64,000 nucleotides of DNA from Myxococcota bacterium (GTDB lineage Bacteria; Myxococcota_A; Bradymonadia; UBA7976; UBA1532). The DNA lies in contig JAKLJY010000020.1 in assembly GCA_023150895.1 (NCBI GenBank), positions 2,092-66,091 of the forward strand, given 5' to 3'. Positions 1 to 11,676 of this stretch are shown in pieces. The notes below the pieces were generated by a model. That model was not told the origin of the DNA and ran no database searches. It was given only the letters and a program-made list of their open reading frames with translations. The stretch's first letter is position 1; each line of letters begins with the position of its first letter. The position numbers and the translations under genes were made by a program.

Positions 1-129
1 CCGCAGCCTCGACATCGAAGCCTGCCGAACCCGGGGTCGCCCGGCTCGGCAGATCGAGCGGCGTCGGCTCGAGCGCGTGCGGCAACCGCCGAACGGCGAT
101 GACCGGTCCGGCGGTGCCCACGGCCAAGG

Positions 130-2232
130 TCAGGCCTGGCCGACGGACTGCAGCGCCTCGCGCCGCGAGAGGCGGATCTTGCCCTGACGGTCCACGCCGA
201 TGCACTTCACGTAGATTTCGTCGCCCTCGGCGACGATGTCCTCGACGCGGTTCACGCGCTGATCGGCGAGCTCCGAGATGTGCACGAGACCGTCGGTGCC
301 CGGGAGGATCTCCACGAACGCGCCGAACTCCATGATCTTGCGCACGATGCCCTGGTAGACCTTGCCGACCTCGGGCTCCTGCGTGAGGCCCTTGATGAGG
401 TCCATGGCCTTCTGGGCGCTCTCGCCGTCCTTGGCCGCGATGCTGACCTTGCCGGTGTCGTCGACGTCGATCTGAACGCCGCACTGCTCGATGATCCCGC
501 GGATCGTCTTGCCGCCCGGGCCGATGACGTCCCGGATCTTGTCCGGCTTGACGGTCAACGTGAAGATCCGCGGCGCATGCAGCGAGAGATCGGCGCGGGG
601 CGCGCTGATGGCCTTGGACATCTCCTTGAGGATGTGCAGACGGCCGTTGCGCGCCTGTCGCAGCGCTTTCTCCAGGATGGAGCGATCGAGGCCGTGCACC
701 TTGATGTCCATCTGCAGGGCGGTGATGCCGTCCTTGGTGCCGACGACCTTGAAGTCCATGTCGCCGAGGTGATCCTCGTCGCCGAGGATGTCCGAGAGGA
801 CGGCGATCTTGTCGTCCTCCTGGATGAGACCCATCGCGATGCCGGCAACCGGCTTGAGGAACGGGACGCCGGCGTCCATGAGCGCCATCGAGGCCGAGCA
901 GACCGTCGCCATCGACGACGAGCCGTTGGACTCCAGAACCTCGCTCACGACGCGGACGGTGTAGTTGAAGTCGTCCTGGCTCGGCATGAGGCACTCGACG
1001 CCGCGGTGGGCGAGGTTGCCGTGGCCGATCTCACGCCGGCTCTGGCCGCGCAGCATCTTCACCTCGCCGGTGCAGAACGGCGGGAAGTTGTAGTGCAGCA
1101 TGAAGCGAACGAAGACATCGCCCTGCAGGTTGTCGATGCGCTGCTCGTCCCGGCGCGTGCCGAGGGTGACCGTCGCGAGGGCCTGCGTCTCACCGCGGGT
1201 GAAGAGCGACGACCCGTGCGTCCGGGGAAGCACGCTCACCTCGCAGGAGATCGGGCGGATCTCCTCGAGGCGACGCCCATCGAGGCGGATGCCCTCTTCG
1301 ACAACCTGCGTCCGGACGATGTCGCTCTGCAGGTCGTGCAGGTGCTCGTTGATCTCCCCTTCGCGCCCGGCGAGGGACGGATCGCTGGCGAGGAGTTCGG
1401 CAATCGCCTGCTTCGAGGCCTTCGAGACCGCGTCGCGGCGGGCCTTCTTGTCGCGGATCGCGAGCGCGTCGGCCATGTTGTCGAGCGCAACGTCGATGAC
1501 GCGGTTGTAGAGGACGGCGTCGACCGGAGGGGGCGCGGCATCCTGCTTGGGCTTGCCGGCCTTCTGCACCAGGTCGCGCTGGAGCGCGATGATGCCCTTG
1601 ATCGCCTCGTGCGCCGCGAGGATGGCGTCGATGATCGTCGCCTCGCTCGCCTCGCTCGCCTCGCCTTCGACCATGCAGACGGCGTCCGCCGTGCCGGCGA
1701 CGACGAGCTCGAGCTCCGCGTCCTTCAGCGCCTTGAGCGACGGGTTGATGACGAACTGCCCGCCAATCTTGGCGACCCGGCAGCCGGCCGTCGGGCCATC
1801 GAACGGGATGTCGCTGATCGACACGGCCGCCGACGCGCCGACCATCGCGAGGATGCCCGGATCGTTCTCGTTGTCGGTCGACATGACCGTCGCGATGATC
1901 TGGATCTCCTTGCGCCAGTGCTTCGGGAACTGCGGGCGGTTCGGACGATCGATGAGGCGGCTGGTGAGGATCTCCCAGTTCGCCAGACGGCCTTCCCGCT
2001 TGAAGTAGCCGCCGGGGATCTTGCCCGCGGCGTACTGCTTCTCGACGTACTCGACGGTGAGAGGCAGAAAGTCGACGCCCGGACGGGCGCTCTTGCTGCC
2101 GCAGACGGTCACGAGGACGACGGTGTCTCCCTGCGTGACGAGCACGGCGCCGTCGGCCTGTCGGGCCAACCGGCCGGTCTCGAGAGTGATCTTGTTCGCG
2201 CCATACGGCGCACTGACGGTGACGACCCCCAT
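130..2232 (-). CDS. pnp: Polynucleotide phosphorylase (PNPase); start placed at [11 protein letters not shown]..., 13 codons inside the track ORF
   Basis: 713-aa ORF with two RNase PH domains, KH and C-terminal S1 ([20 protein letters not shown]...); follows rpsO as in the canonical rpsO-pnp operon. Confidence 0.95.
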   Translation of the reverse strand: MGVVTVSAPYGANKITLETGRLARQADGAVLVTQGDTVVLVTVCGSKSARPGVDFLPLTVEYVEKQYAAGKIPGGYFKREGRLANWEILTSRLIDRPNRPQFPKHWRKEIQIIATVMSTDNENDPGILAMVGASAAVSISDIPFDGPTAGCRVAKIGGQFVINPSLKALKDAELELVVAGTADAVCMVEGEASEASEATIIDAILAAHEAIKGIIALQRDLVQKAGKPKQDAAPPPVDAVLYNRVIDVALDNMADALAIRDKKARRDAVSKASKQAIAELLASDPSLAGREGEINEHLHDLQSDIVRTQVVEEGIRLDGRRLEEIRPISCEVSVLPRTHGSSLFTRGETQALATVTLGTRRDEQRIDNLQGDVFVRFMLHYNFPPFCTGEVKMLRGQSRREIGHGNLAHRGVECLMPSQDDFNYTVRVVSEVLESNGSSSMATVCSASMALMDAGVPFLKPVAGIAMGLIQEDDKIAVLSDILGDEDHLGDMDFKVVGTKDGITALQMDIKVHGLDRSILEKALRQARNGRLHILKEMSKAISAPRADLSLHAPRIFTLTVKPDKIRDVIGPGGKTIRGIIEQCGVQIDVDDTGKVSIAAKDGESAQKAMDLIKGLTQEPEVGKVYQGIVRKIMEFGAFVEILPGTDGLVHISELADQRVNRVEDIVAEGDEIYVKCIGVDRQGKIRLSRREALQSVGQA

Positions 2233-2383
2233 GGGTATCCTTTCATTCAGATGCCCCGGTCTCCCACACATCCTGCCTCGGTGCCTGACCGGAGGGGCCC
2301 CCTCTCGCGGGCCGCTCGGGTCAAGTACTCAGGCGTGTGTCGACGACGGGACACGGGCGTTGGGGCGCTGCTTGCGCAGGCCG

Positions 2384-2415
2384 AAAAAAAAGAAGGGGAG
2401 CCCGAAGGCTCCCCT
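2384..2415 (-). terminator. Rho-independent terminator after rpsO (also the 5' leader region of pnp)
   Basis: Perfect 9-bp stem GGGGAGCCC-gaa-GGGCTCCCC (2395-2415) followed on the minus strand by an 8-nt T run (A8 at 2384-2391 on plus), 9 nt after the rpsO stop. Confidence 0.65.
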
Positions 2416-2423
2416 GGAACGGA

Positions 2424-2693
2424 TCAGCGACGGAGTCCGAGCGACTCGATGAGTTTCTTGTAGCGCTCGACGTCCTGGGCTTTGAGGTAGTTCAGCAGGC
2501 GGCGACGCTGGCCGGTGAGCTTGAGGAGGCCGCGACGGGAGTGGTGGTCATGGCTGTGCACCTTGAAGTGCTCGGTGAGATCGTGGATCCGCTGCGTCAG
2601 CAGCGCGACCTGGACCTCCGGCGAACCCGTGTCGCCGTCCTTCTGCTGGAACTTGGTGATGATCTCGATCTTCTTGTCGTGTGCGAGCGGCAT
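2424..2693 (-). CDS. rpsO: 30S ribosomal protein S15
   Basis: 89-aa [71 protein letters not shown]...; ATG at 2691-2693 inside a longer spurious track ORF. Confidence 0.95.
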   Translation of the reverse strand: MPLAHDKKIEIITKFQQKDGDTGSPEVQVALLTQRIHDLTEHFKVHSHDHHSRRGLLKLTGQRRRLLNYLKAQDVERYKKLIESLGLRR

Positions 2694-2794
2694 TTTGTCC
2701 TCCTGCCCCGAGGGGCGATTGCGTGCGGCCGGGCCGTCGTCCAGCCGACGCGTAATGTAAACCGCGGCGCTGATACCGGTTCGGTCCAGGAATG

Positions 2795-3682
2795 TCAAGA
2801 GTCGGTGGCGGCGAATCCTCGAATCACCCGGAGTACACCACCGTCGTCGACGGAGACGAGCGCGATGAGGCGATGCTCCGTCGTGGCCACCGCGTGAAAA
2901 CCGGGGCGCCAGTCGACGGTGGGCGTCTTTCCCTGGCGAATGGCCAGCTCGAGCGCTGGCGTGACGATCTGCCGCGATGCATCGGCGAGCGCATCCCACG
3001 GGCTGAGCGACGGGACCTCGTGCGCGGCGGCGCGCAGCGTGTCCAGCGTCACGGCGTCGGCGACGTCGAAGGTACCACTCCGGAGACGCCGCAGCGCCGT
3101 CAGGTGTGCGCCCACGCCCAGACGTCGGCCCAGATCAATCGCCAGACTGCGGATGTAAGTCCCCTTTCCGCAGTCGACTTCGACTTCCAGCGTCGCCCCC
3201 CGTCGGGCGAGCAGCGCAAACCGATGGACGTCGACGATACGCTCCGGCGCGACGACCGCCTCGCCGGCACGGGCACGAACATACAGGGGCTTGCCGTCTA
3301 CCTTGACCGCCGAGTAGACCGGCGGCCGTTGGGTGATCGCCCCCGTCAGCGCGGCAAGTCCCGCTTCTACGTCCGCGTCGGGCACACGGGCGGCCATCCC
3401 GGCGTCCGCCTCGCTGACAGTCTCTCCGTCGAGGTCGCCGCTGATCGTCTCGCGGCCGAGGCAGATGGTCGCCCGGTAGCGCTTGTCACCCCCCATCAGG
3501 TGCGGCACGAGGCGGGTGGCGGCGCCGATGCACACGACGAGCAAGCCCGAAGCGAGCGGATCGAGCGTCCCCGCATGCCCGACGCGGCGCTCGCGAAAGG
3601 CACGGCGCACGGCGGCGACGCAGTCGAAACTCGTGGGGCCGACCGGCTTGTCGACCAGAAGGACCCGACCCTCAGTCGTCAT
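2795..3682 (-). CDS. truB: tRNA pseudouridine(55) synthase TruB
   Basis: [15 protein letters not shown]...[19 protein letters not shown] motif; start chosen at [13 protein letters not shown] (ATG 3680-3682); overlaps rbfA stop by 11 nt. Confidence 0.9.
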   Translation of the reverse strand: MTTEGRVLLVDKPVGPTSFDCVAAVRRAFRERRVGHAGTLDPLASGLLVVCIGAATRLVPHLMGGDKRYRATICLGRETISGDLDGETVSEADAGMAARVPDADVEAGLAALTGAITQRPPVYSAVKVDGKPLYVRARAGEAVVAPERIVDVHRFALLARRGATLEVEVDCGKGTYIRSLAIDLGRRLGVGAHLTALRRLRSGTFDVADAVTLDTLRAAAHEVPSLSPWDALADASRQIVTPALELAIRQGKTPTVDWRPGFHAVATTEHRLIALVSVDDGGVLRVIRGFAATDS

Positions 3683-4091
3683 CGGTCGAGGCGTCGCCCG
3701 TCGTCGCCGGCTCGTCGGTCTCGATGCGCGCAGGGCCTGCGCCACTGAGCCCGATTTCGCGGAGAGCCGCGTCGATGCGCGCCCCGTAATCCATCGACTC
3801 GTCGAAGTAGAAACGAAGCTGGGGCAGCGTCCGCAGCTGGACGCGCCGGCCGATTTCGCGGCGGAGAAAGCCCGACGCGTTGTCGAGCCCGCGCAGGGCG
3901 TCTCGCCGACCCGCCTCCGCCACACCGGTCACGTAGACCTTGGCGTCCCCGAGATCCGATGAGATCTCGACGTCGGTCACCGTCACGCCCTGGACGCGCG
4001 GATCCCTGAGTTCCCGGACGATGAGTTCGCCGAGAACGTCCCGGAGCAGCGACGATACCCGTGAGACCCGGTGATGAGTGCTCCCGGCCAT
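3672..4091 (-). CDS. rbfA: Ribosome-binding factor A
   Basis: MAGSTHHRVSRVSSLLRDVLGELI... typical RbfA, with a C-terminal acidic tail; conserved position between infB and truB. Confidence 0.9.
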   Translation of the reverse strand: MAGSTHHRVSRVSSLLRDVLGELIVRELRDPRVQGVTVTDVEISSDLGDAKVYVTGVAEAGRRDALRGLDNASGFLRREIGRRVQLRTLPQLRFYFDESMDYGARIDAALREIGLSGAGPARIETDEPATTGDASTDDD

Positions 4092-4096
4092 TGCGC

Positions 4097-7054
4097 TCAC
4101 GCCAGCTTCCGGGCGACTTCCTTGATCTCGACGGCCTCGATGATGTCGCCCGTCTGGATGTCGGTGTAATTGTCGACGGCGATACCGCACTCGAAGCCGG
4201 TCGCGACCTCTCGGACGTCTTCCTTGAAGCGCTTGAGGCCCACGATCTTACCTTCGTGGACCATCTTGCCTTCGCGGTAGACGCGTCCGCGGACATTGCG
4301 CTGGATCTTGCCTTCGAGGATGAAGCAGCCGGCGACGGCCCCCATGCGGGCCACCTGGAACGAGGCCCGCACTTCGGCGCGTCCGAGCTGCGTCTCGACG
4401 ATCTCCGGGGCCAGCAGGCCGCCCATCATCAGCTTGACCTCGTCGGCGACCTCGTAGACGACCTCGAACTTGCGAATCTTGACGCCGGTCTGATCGGCGA
4501 GGCGCTTCGCGTTCGTGTCGGGCCCGACGTTGAAGCCGATGCACACGGCCTCGGAGGCCTGGGCGAGGGTGACGTCACCTTCAGTGATGCCACCCACCCC
4601 GGAGTGAATGATGCGGAGGGAAACTTCGTCCGTGGTCAGCTGCTCGAGGATGCTGCGCAGCGCCTCGAGGGAGCCCTGAACATCCGTCTTGAGGATGACC
4701 CGAAGCGTCTCTTTGTTGGCCTGGTTCAGGCGCGCGAAGACGTCGCCGCCCTGCGCCGCGGCGGCGCTGGCGCTGGAAGCGGCGAGGTCTTTCTCCCGCG
4801 CCTTGTCGAAGCGGGCCTCGACCACGCGCCGTGCGTCCTTCTCGTTGGCGACGATGTGGAACGCCTCGCCCGCCCCCGGGATGCCGTCGAGTCCGAGGAC
4901 TTCGACGGGGGTGGAGGGACCGGCCTCCTTCAGGCGGTTGCCCTTGTCGTCGACCATGGCGCGCAAGCGACCGCACTGGGCGCCGCTGACCATGAAGTCG
5001 CCGACCTTGAGCGTGCCCTCCTGAACGAGCACGGTGGCCACCGGCCCGCGCCCCTTGTCCATGCGGGCCTCGACGACCCGGCCGAACGCCGGCTTCTTCG
5101 GGTTCGCCTTGAGCTCGAGCACCTCGGCCTGCAGCGCGAGCGCCTCGAGGAGTTCCTGGACGCCGGTGCCCTTCAGTGCGCTGACGGGGACCATCATGGT
5201 CTCGCCGCCCCACTCTTCGGCCACCAGACCGTACTTGGTCAGCTCCTGCTTGATGCGTTCGATGTCCGCGCCCGGCTTGTCGATCTTGTTGATCGCGACG
5301 ATGACCGGAACTTCGGCCGCCTTGGCGTGGCTGATCGCCTCGATCGTCTGGGGCATGACGCCGTCGTCTGCCGCGACGACGAGGACGACGAGGTCCGTGA
5401 CCTGTGCGCCGCGGGCCCGCATGGCGGTGAAGGCGGCGTGTCCCGGGGTGTCGAGGAAAACGACGTCGCCCTGGGCCGTGGTGACCTTGTACGCGCCGAT
5501 GTGCTGGGTGATGCCGCCCGCTTCGCCCGCGGCCACGTTCGCCTTGCGGATGCGGTCGAGGAGCGACGTTTTGCCGTGGTCGACGTGACCCATCACCGTG
5601 ATGACGGGCGCACGGAGGACCGCCTCGGGGTCGGCGACGTCTTCGTCGGGGGTATCGAGGAACTCGTCTTCGTCGAAACCGACGTCTTCGACCTCGTAGC
5701 CGTACTCGTTGGCGAGCAGCGTCGCGGTGTCCTCGTCGATCTGGGCGTTGATGCTCACCATCATGCCCATCGAGATGAGCTTCTGGATCAGCTCCGTCGC
5801 CTTGACGCCGAGTTCCTTGCCGAGTTCGCCCACGCTGATGGTGCCGTCAATCCGGACGACGCGCTTGTGGGCGGCCGGCGTGGTGAGCGGGGTCTTGTGC
5901 GTCTTCTTGGTCGGGACCTTGCGCTTTCGGCCGCGGGCCGTGCGCGCCGCACCGGCGTAGATGTCCTCTCGAGAGACGACCTGACGCTTCTTGCCGGCGA
6001 CGGGCTTCGCGGCCCGCGCCTTGTCCTGTTCACGGGTATCGGTCGGGGCGGGGGCCGCTTCGCCTGCGGGGCGCCGCCGGCGGGTGCCGTCGCCGCGATC
6101 GACCGGGGTGAGCGGCACGACCTGGTTGATGTCCACCGGCATGGGGCGGCCACCCGGCGGGCGACGAGCACCCGGAGGGCCACCCGCGCCCGGAGGACCA
6201 CCGGGCCGCCGATCGGGACCACCACCGGGGCCACCCGGACCACCGGGACCGCCCGGTCCAGGGCGACGGGCCGGTGGCCGCGCCGTCCGGCTCCGGAGGA
6301 GGTCGAGCGGAACGGTGCCGAGGACTTTCGCGCCACCGGGCGTACCCGGCGGAATCGGACGGGGGGGCTGCGCGGGCGGTGCCGGCTGCCCGCCCGGCGG
6401 GGAGGCGGTGGCGGCGGCCGGGGGCCGGCGGAGTTCGACCGGGGGCGCCTCGGACGCAACGGCCGTGGCCGGCGCGGGCGTGGGGCGGGAAACGATGCGT
6501 GCCTGTGCGTCCGCGGCGGGCTCCACGACCGGGGCGGTCGGCTGGGCCTGGGGCTGCGGGGGCTGCGGCGGCGGCGCGATGATGCGAGCCCGCTCGACGG
6601 GGGGCTCGGCCTCGGTGTCGGGCGTGACACGCTTCGGCTCGCTGACCGCGACCGGGGGCTCGGCGGGCCGTTGGGCCGGCGCGGCGGGCGCTTCGAACGA
6701 GGGGCGAACGACCGGCGCTTCCGGCCGGGGGCCATTCGGGCGCGCCACGACGCCGGGCCGGGCCGCCGGCTGAGGGGAGACCGGCGGCTTGAGCGGAGCC
6801 GGTCCCTTCGGCGGGGCCGGGGCGGGGCCGGGCTCCGGCCGCTTGCGGCGGAGAACGCCGGGTGCGCCGGCCTTCTCTTCCTGGCCCTTCTGGCTGCGCT
6901 CCGCTTCGAACGACGACTTGACCGTGGCCGTGTCCGCGTCACTCAGCTCGGACATGTAGGTCTTCACGCCAATGCGGAGCTCGTCGCACCGCTTGATCAC
7001 GTCGCGGTGGTCGAGTCCGAGATCCTTGGCGATTTCGAATACCTTCTTGCCCAT
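4097..7054 (-). CDS. infB: Translation initiation factor IF-2 with a long Pro/Ala/Gly-rich N-terminal linker
   Basis: 985 aa; N-terminal [30 protein letters not shown] (IF2_N), GTP-binding [17 protein letters not shown]...DTPGH...NKID, C-terminal IF2 domains; ATG at 7052-7054. Confidence 0.95.
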   Translation of the reverse strand: MGKKVFEIAKDLGLDHRDVIKRCDELRIGVKTYMSELSDADTATVKSSFEAERSQKGQEEKAGAPGVLRRKRPEPGPAPAPPKGPAPLKPPVSPQPAARPGVVARPNGPRPEAPVVRPSFEAPAAPAQRPAEPPVAVSEPKRVTPDTEAEPPVERARIIAPPPQPPQPQAQPTAPVVEPAADAQARIVSRPTPAPATAVASEAPPVELRRPPAAATASPPGGQPAPPAQPPRPIPPGTPGGAKVLGTVPLDLLRSRTARPPARRPGPGGPGGPGGPGGGPDRRPGGPPGAGGPPGARRPPGGRPMPVDINQVVPLTPVDRGDGTRRRRPAGEAAPAPTDTREQDKARAAKPVAGKKRQVVSREDIYAGAARTARGRKRKVPTKKTHKTPLTTPAAHKRVVRIDGTISVGELGKELGVKATELIQKLISMGMMVSINAQIDEDTATLLANEYGYEVEDVGFDEDEFLDTPDEDVADPEAVLRAPVITVMGHVDHGKTSLLDRIRKANVAAGEAGGITQHIGAYKVTTAQGDVVFLDTPGHAAFTAMRARGAQVTDLVVLVVAADDGVMPQTIEAISHAKAAEVPVIVAINKIDKPGADIERIKQELTKYGLVAEEWGGETMMVPVSALKGTGVQELLEALALQAEVLELKANPKKPAFGRVVEARMDKGRGPVATVLVQEGTLKVGDFMVSGAQCGRLRAMVDDKGNRLKEAGPSTPVEVLGLDGIPGAGEAFHIVANEKDARRVVEARFDKAREKDLAASSASAAAAQGGDVFARLNQANKETLRVILKTDVQGSLEALRSILEQLTTDEVSLRIIHSGVGGITEGDVTLAQASEAVCIGFNVGPDTNAKRLADQTGVKIRKFEVVYEVADEVKLMMGGLLAPEIVETQLGRAEVRASFQVARMGAVAGCFILEGKIQRNVRGRVYREGKMVHEGKIVGLKRFKEDVREVATGFECGIAVDNYTDIQTGDIIEAVEIKEVARKLA
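6160..6275 (-). repeat. Tandem 9-nt (Pro-Gly-Gly) repeats in the infB linker region
   Basis: ggaccaccgggccgccgatcgggaccaccaccggggccacccggaccaccgggaccgcccggtcc encodes [13 protein letters not shown]; low-complexity, slippage-prone. Confidence 0.5.
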
Positions 7055-7126
7055 GCGAACTCCAAACCTCTCCCGCCATCAGGCAGACAGGGCCATTGAC
7101 CGGGCGCGTACTATAGGGATTCCGAG

Positions 7127-7762
7127 TCAGCTCGCAACCAAAACCCGGCTTCTTCGCTCAAACTCCGACAGGATTGTCTGAGCGAGGGCCGCGTCGGTCA
7201 CGCCGACCGCGATCCGGGTCTCGGCGCCTTGCGTTCGTCCGAGCTCGGCGGCCGTCGAAAAGTGAACAAGCGGCAGCTCGGCGGCCTTCTCTCGAGCGGC
7301 CCACCGATGCGCAGAATTCTCGGCGGTGTCCGTCGCCAGCACGACGAGCGCAAGGCGCCCCGCCGTGAACGCGCCGTCGAGGGCGTCGGCCCCCGAGGTG
7401 ACCAGCCCGCGCAGGCGTCCGAGGGTCAGTGCATCGCGAATCCGGGCGTCGATGGCGTCGACGACCTGCGATACGAGCGTGTCGACGTCGGGCGGCGGGT
7501 TCGGCCCGGGAACGCCCGGGAACGCGCGCCCGATGGCCTTGCGCTTGACCGCGGCCTCGATGCAGCCGCGGCTGTAACAGAGATGCGCTCCCCGACCGGG
7601 CGCCTTGAGGTATCGGTCGACACCGATCTCCCCCGCCGGCCCGCGGATGATACGGATGAGCGTGTCACGCAGAAACGAGCCGCGGCAGCCGATGCACATC
7701 CGCGCAGCGCCCTCGAGCTTCGGTGCCGCCGTCCGCGGCGCTCGTCGGCCACGGCCCGCCAT
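7127..7762 (-). CDS. YlxR (DUF448) RNA-binding protein fused to an L7Ae/YlxQ-like domain
   Basis: N-terminal MCIGCRGSFLRDTLIRI (YlxR C-x-x-C motif); C-terminal GRLALVVLATDTAENSAHRW... resembles the L7Ae-like YlxQ; sits between nusA and infB as ylxR and ylxQ do in Firmicutes. Confidence 0.75.
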   Translation of the reverse strand: MAGRGRRAPRTAAPKLEGAARMCIGCRGSFLRDTLIRIIRGPAGEIGVDRYLKAPGRGAHLCYSRGCIEAAVKRKAIGRAFPGVPGPNPPPDVDTLVSQVVDAIDARIRDALTLGRLRGLVTSGADALDGAFTAGRLALVVLATDTAENSAHRWAAREKAAELPLVHFSTAAELGRTQGAETRIAVGVTDAALAQTILSEFERRSRVLVAS

Positions 7763-7765
7763 GCA

Positions 7766-9367
<1,602 letters not shown>

Positions 9368-9388
9368 CACTTGCCTCCGTTCAGGCGG

Positions 9389-9937
9389 TCAGGGCTTCTT
9401 GCCGGGCTTTTGGCCGCCCTGCGGCATGTCGAATTTCAGACGGGCCTTGCCGATCTTTTCGAGCGGCACCGCAAAGGTGCCGTCCTGGCAGGCGAGTTCG
9501 ACGGCGTCGCCGGTGACGGGGCCGATGCGCCCCGTGAACTTGCGGCGCCCTTCGTGGGGCTCGGAAAGCTGAACGACGGCCTCCCGGCCGACGTAGCGAG
9601 CAAAGTCGCGGTCCGACATCAGCGGGCGGTCGAGCCCGGGGGACGAAACCCGCAGTTCATACGCCTCGGCGATGGGGTCCTCGACGTCGAGCGCAGCGGA
9701 GATCTCGGGGTGCGCACGGGCACAGTCGTCGAGGGTCAGTCCCCCTTCCACATCGAGAAAGACCCACAGCACCTGCCGGCTGCCGTCCCTGGCCAGCTCC
9801 ACCCCGACGAACTCGAGACCGAGGCCCTCCACGATCGGCGTGATCGCCTGTCGCACCCGGGCCTGGACGGCTCGGCGTGCGCTGCCAATCAGCGTGGGCT
9901 CGGTGGGGGGCTCGGTGGGAAGAGCGTTCTCGGACAA
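9389..9937 (-). CDS. rimP: Ribosome maturation factor RimP (N-terminal ~30-aa extension uncertain)
   Basis: DUF150/RimP core ITPIVEGLGLEFVGVELARDG...LRVSSPGLDRPL; first gene of the nusA-infB operon. Confidence 0.85.
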   Translation of the reverse strand: MSENALPTEPPTEPTLIGSARRAVQARVRQAITPIVEGLGLEFVGVELARDGSRQVLWVFLDVEGGLTLDDCARAHPEISAALDVEDPIAEAYELRVSSPGLDRPLMSDRDFARYVGREAVVQLSEPHEGRRKFTGRIGPVTGDAVELACQDGTFAVPLEKIGKARLKFDMPQGGQKPGKKP

Positions 9938-10017
9938 GGGCGCCTCGGTGGCTTCGGGAGGTCCTGCCGGCGCGAACGCCGGTGGAGCCGGGGAACCTGT
10001 TGCTCTCGTGCGCCGGA

Positions 10018-10043
10018 AATAAAAAAGGGCTCCTGAGGAGCCC
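10018..10043 (-). terminator. Intrinsic-terminator-like hairpin in the rimP/nusA operon leader (candidate attenuator)
   Basis: GGGCTCC-tca-GGAGCCC (10027-10043) followed on the minus strand by TTTTTTATTT (10018-10026), ~80 nt upstream of the rimP start; no minus-strand gene upstream of it that it could terminate. Confidence 0.45.
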
Positions 10044-10129
10044 TCCGCCGGTCACCCGTTCGCGAAAGCGGGGAGCGTCTAGCATGAGTTTTCGTGGAGC
10101 GCAAGGCCGGATTGTGGGAACGTCCGGCC

Positions 10130-10963
10130 ATGCGGACAGACCTCTCGCCCCTCCGTGTCGCCGCGGTGCAGATGAACGTGGACGACGACCCGCAGGCCAA
10201 CCTCGCGCAGGCGCTGAGCCTCATCGAGGACGCGGCCCGCGCCGGCGCCGAGCTCGTCTGTCTGCCCGAGAACGCGGTCTACATGGGCGACACCCGGCGC
10301 CGCGCCGGGCTGGCGGAATCCCTCGTCGAGCCGTTCACGGGCCCGCTGGCGGCCGGTCTGGCGGAGGCGGCGCGCGCCCATCGTATCTGGCTCCTGGTCG
10401 GGGGCTTCCCCGAGCGCGCGGCGTCGGCCGACCGTCCGTTCAACACGTCGTTTCTGCTCGGTCCCGACGGCACGGTTCGCGCGGTCTACCGGAAGCTCCA
10501 TCTCTTCGACGTGGATCTCCCCGATGGCCGGGCGATTCGCGAGTCGACCTACACGTCCGCCGGCGAGGCGCCCGCCCTCGCCGAGGTCTGCGGTTGGATG
10601 ACCGGCCTGTCGGTCTGCTACGACCTGCGCTTTCCGGAGTTGTTTCGGGCCTATGCCGCCCGAGGTGCGCGCGTGCTCTTCGTCCCCTCGGCCTTCACCG
10701 TTCCGACGGGCGAGGCGCACTGGCATTTGCTGCTTCGCGCCCGGGCCGTCGAGAATCAGTGCTATGTCGTTGCCCCCGCGCAGTGGGGCGAGCACGGAAC
10801 GACGGGACGGGCGTCGTTCGGTCATACGCTGATCGTCGACCCCTGGGGCACCGTGCTCGCGGAACTCCCGAGCGGGGTCGGCTGGATCAGTGCCGAGCTC
10901 GATCCCCTGTCTCAGGACGCGCTGCGCGCGCGGCTCCCGGTGCTTCGTCACCGGCGTCTGTAG
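10130..10963 (+). CDS. Carbon-nitrogen hydrolase (nitrilase superfamily, omega-amidase/Nit2-like)
   Basis: E-K-C triad contexts [25 protein letters not shown]; start at ATG 10130 ([15 protein letters not shown]) rather than the track GTG at 10094. Confidence 0.85.
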   Translation: MRTDLSPLRVAAVQMNVDDDPQANLAQALSLIEDAARAGAELVCLPENAVYMGDTRRRAGLAESLVEPFTGPLAAGLAEAARAHRIWLLVGGFPERAASADRPFNTSFLLGPDGTVRAVYRKLHLFDVDLPDGRAIRESTYTSAGEAPALAEVCGWMTGLSVCYDLRFPELFRAYAARGARVLFVPSAFTVPTGEAHWHLLLRARAVENQCYVVAPAQWGEHGTTGRASFGHTLIVDPWGTVLAELPSGVGWISAELDPLSQDALRARLPVLRHRRL

Positions 10964-10975
10964 GGGGGGCGTCGC

Positions 10976-11653
10976 TCAGGGCGAGGCGGCCAGGTCGTAG
11001 ATCCGCAGATTGTCGAAGCTGCCCTTCGCTTCCCAGTTGTTGAAGGCGAAGTGGCGTCCGAGGACCGGAAATGCGTCGTCGTAGACCAGGAACAGCTGGC
11101 CGTCGACGTACCACCTCAGGACGTTGTCGGTGCGGATGAAGGTCCAGTGATAGTCCAGGTCGGGCTCGACGCAGCGGTTCCCCGGGCCGCAGCGTGTATC
11201 CCGCTTGCGCTCCTCGCTGTGCTCGTCCCGCCGGGCGAGACAATTCACCGTGTTCTTCCAGCCGCCCATGATCGCGATGTAGCCGCTCTGGTGCGTCCGA
11301 CCGTCGCCGAAAACCTCGACCTTGACGTCGCCCGCGTCCGTCTCGGCGCGCACGTCGACGTCGATCCGGACCTTCTCCGGGAGCGGCACCTGAAGCCAGA
11401 GTGCGGCGTTGTGAATCTGGTCGGCCACGAGACGCCCGCCCACGATTCGCCACGTCCCGGCCTTGAAGTTGAGATCGGGCTGCCCCTGCAGGTAGTCCGG
11501 CCCGGGCTCGGCGCGCTCGAAGGTGTCTTCATAGACGAGGCGCCCGGTCGGCTCGGGAACGGGCTGCGGTCCGTGCACGATGGAGACGGTGACGGCGACC
11601 ACCAGGAGGAACGCGGCGATCGTGGCGAGGGCGAGGAGGAGCTTGCGGCGCAT
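10976..11653 (-). CDS. Membrane-anchored hypothetical protein with a LamG/DUF1080-like jelly-roll domain
   Basis: N-terminal signal anchor MRRKLLLALATIAAFLLVVAV; C-terminal ...HFAFNNWEAKGSFDNLRIYDL resembles the DUF1080 C-terminus; weak assignment. Confidence 0.45.
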   Translation of the reverse strand: MRRKLLLALATIAAFLLVVAVTVSIVHGPQPVPEPTGRLVYEDTFERAEPGPDYLQGQPDLNFKAGTWRIVGGRLVADQIHNAALWLQVPLPEKVRIDVDVRAETDAGDVKVEVFGDGRTHQSGYIAIMGGWKNTVNCLARRDEHSEERKRDTRCGPGNRCVEPDLDYHWTFIRTDNVLRWYVDGQLFLVYDDAFPVLGRHFAFNNWEAKGSFDNLRIYDLAASP

Positions 11654-11676
11654 TCGGGACTCGAATCGGGCGGGGG

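Noticed and set aside
280-2463. 727-aa plus-strand ORF antisense to pnp
   Set aside because: Shadow ORF typical of 70% GC DNA; Arg/Ala/Asp-rich with no domain signal; the opposite strand encodes an unmistakable PNPase.
4061-7099. 1012-aa plus-strand ORF antisense to infB
   Set aside because: Antisense to IF-2; low-complexity Arg/Gly/Asp composition; artefact of absent stop codons in GC-rich antisense frames.
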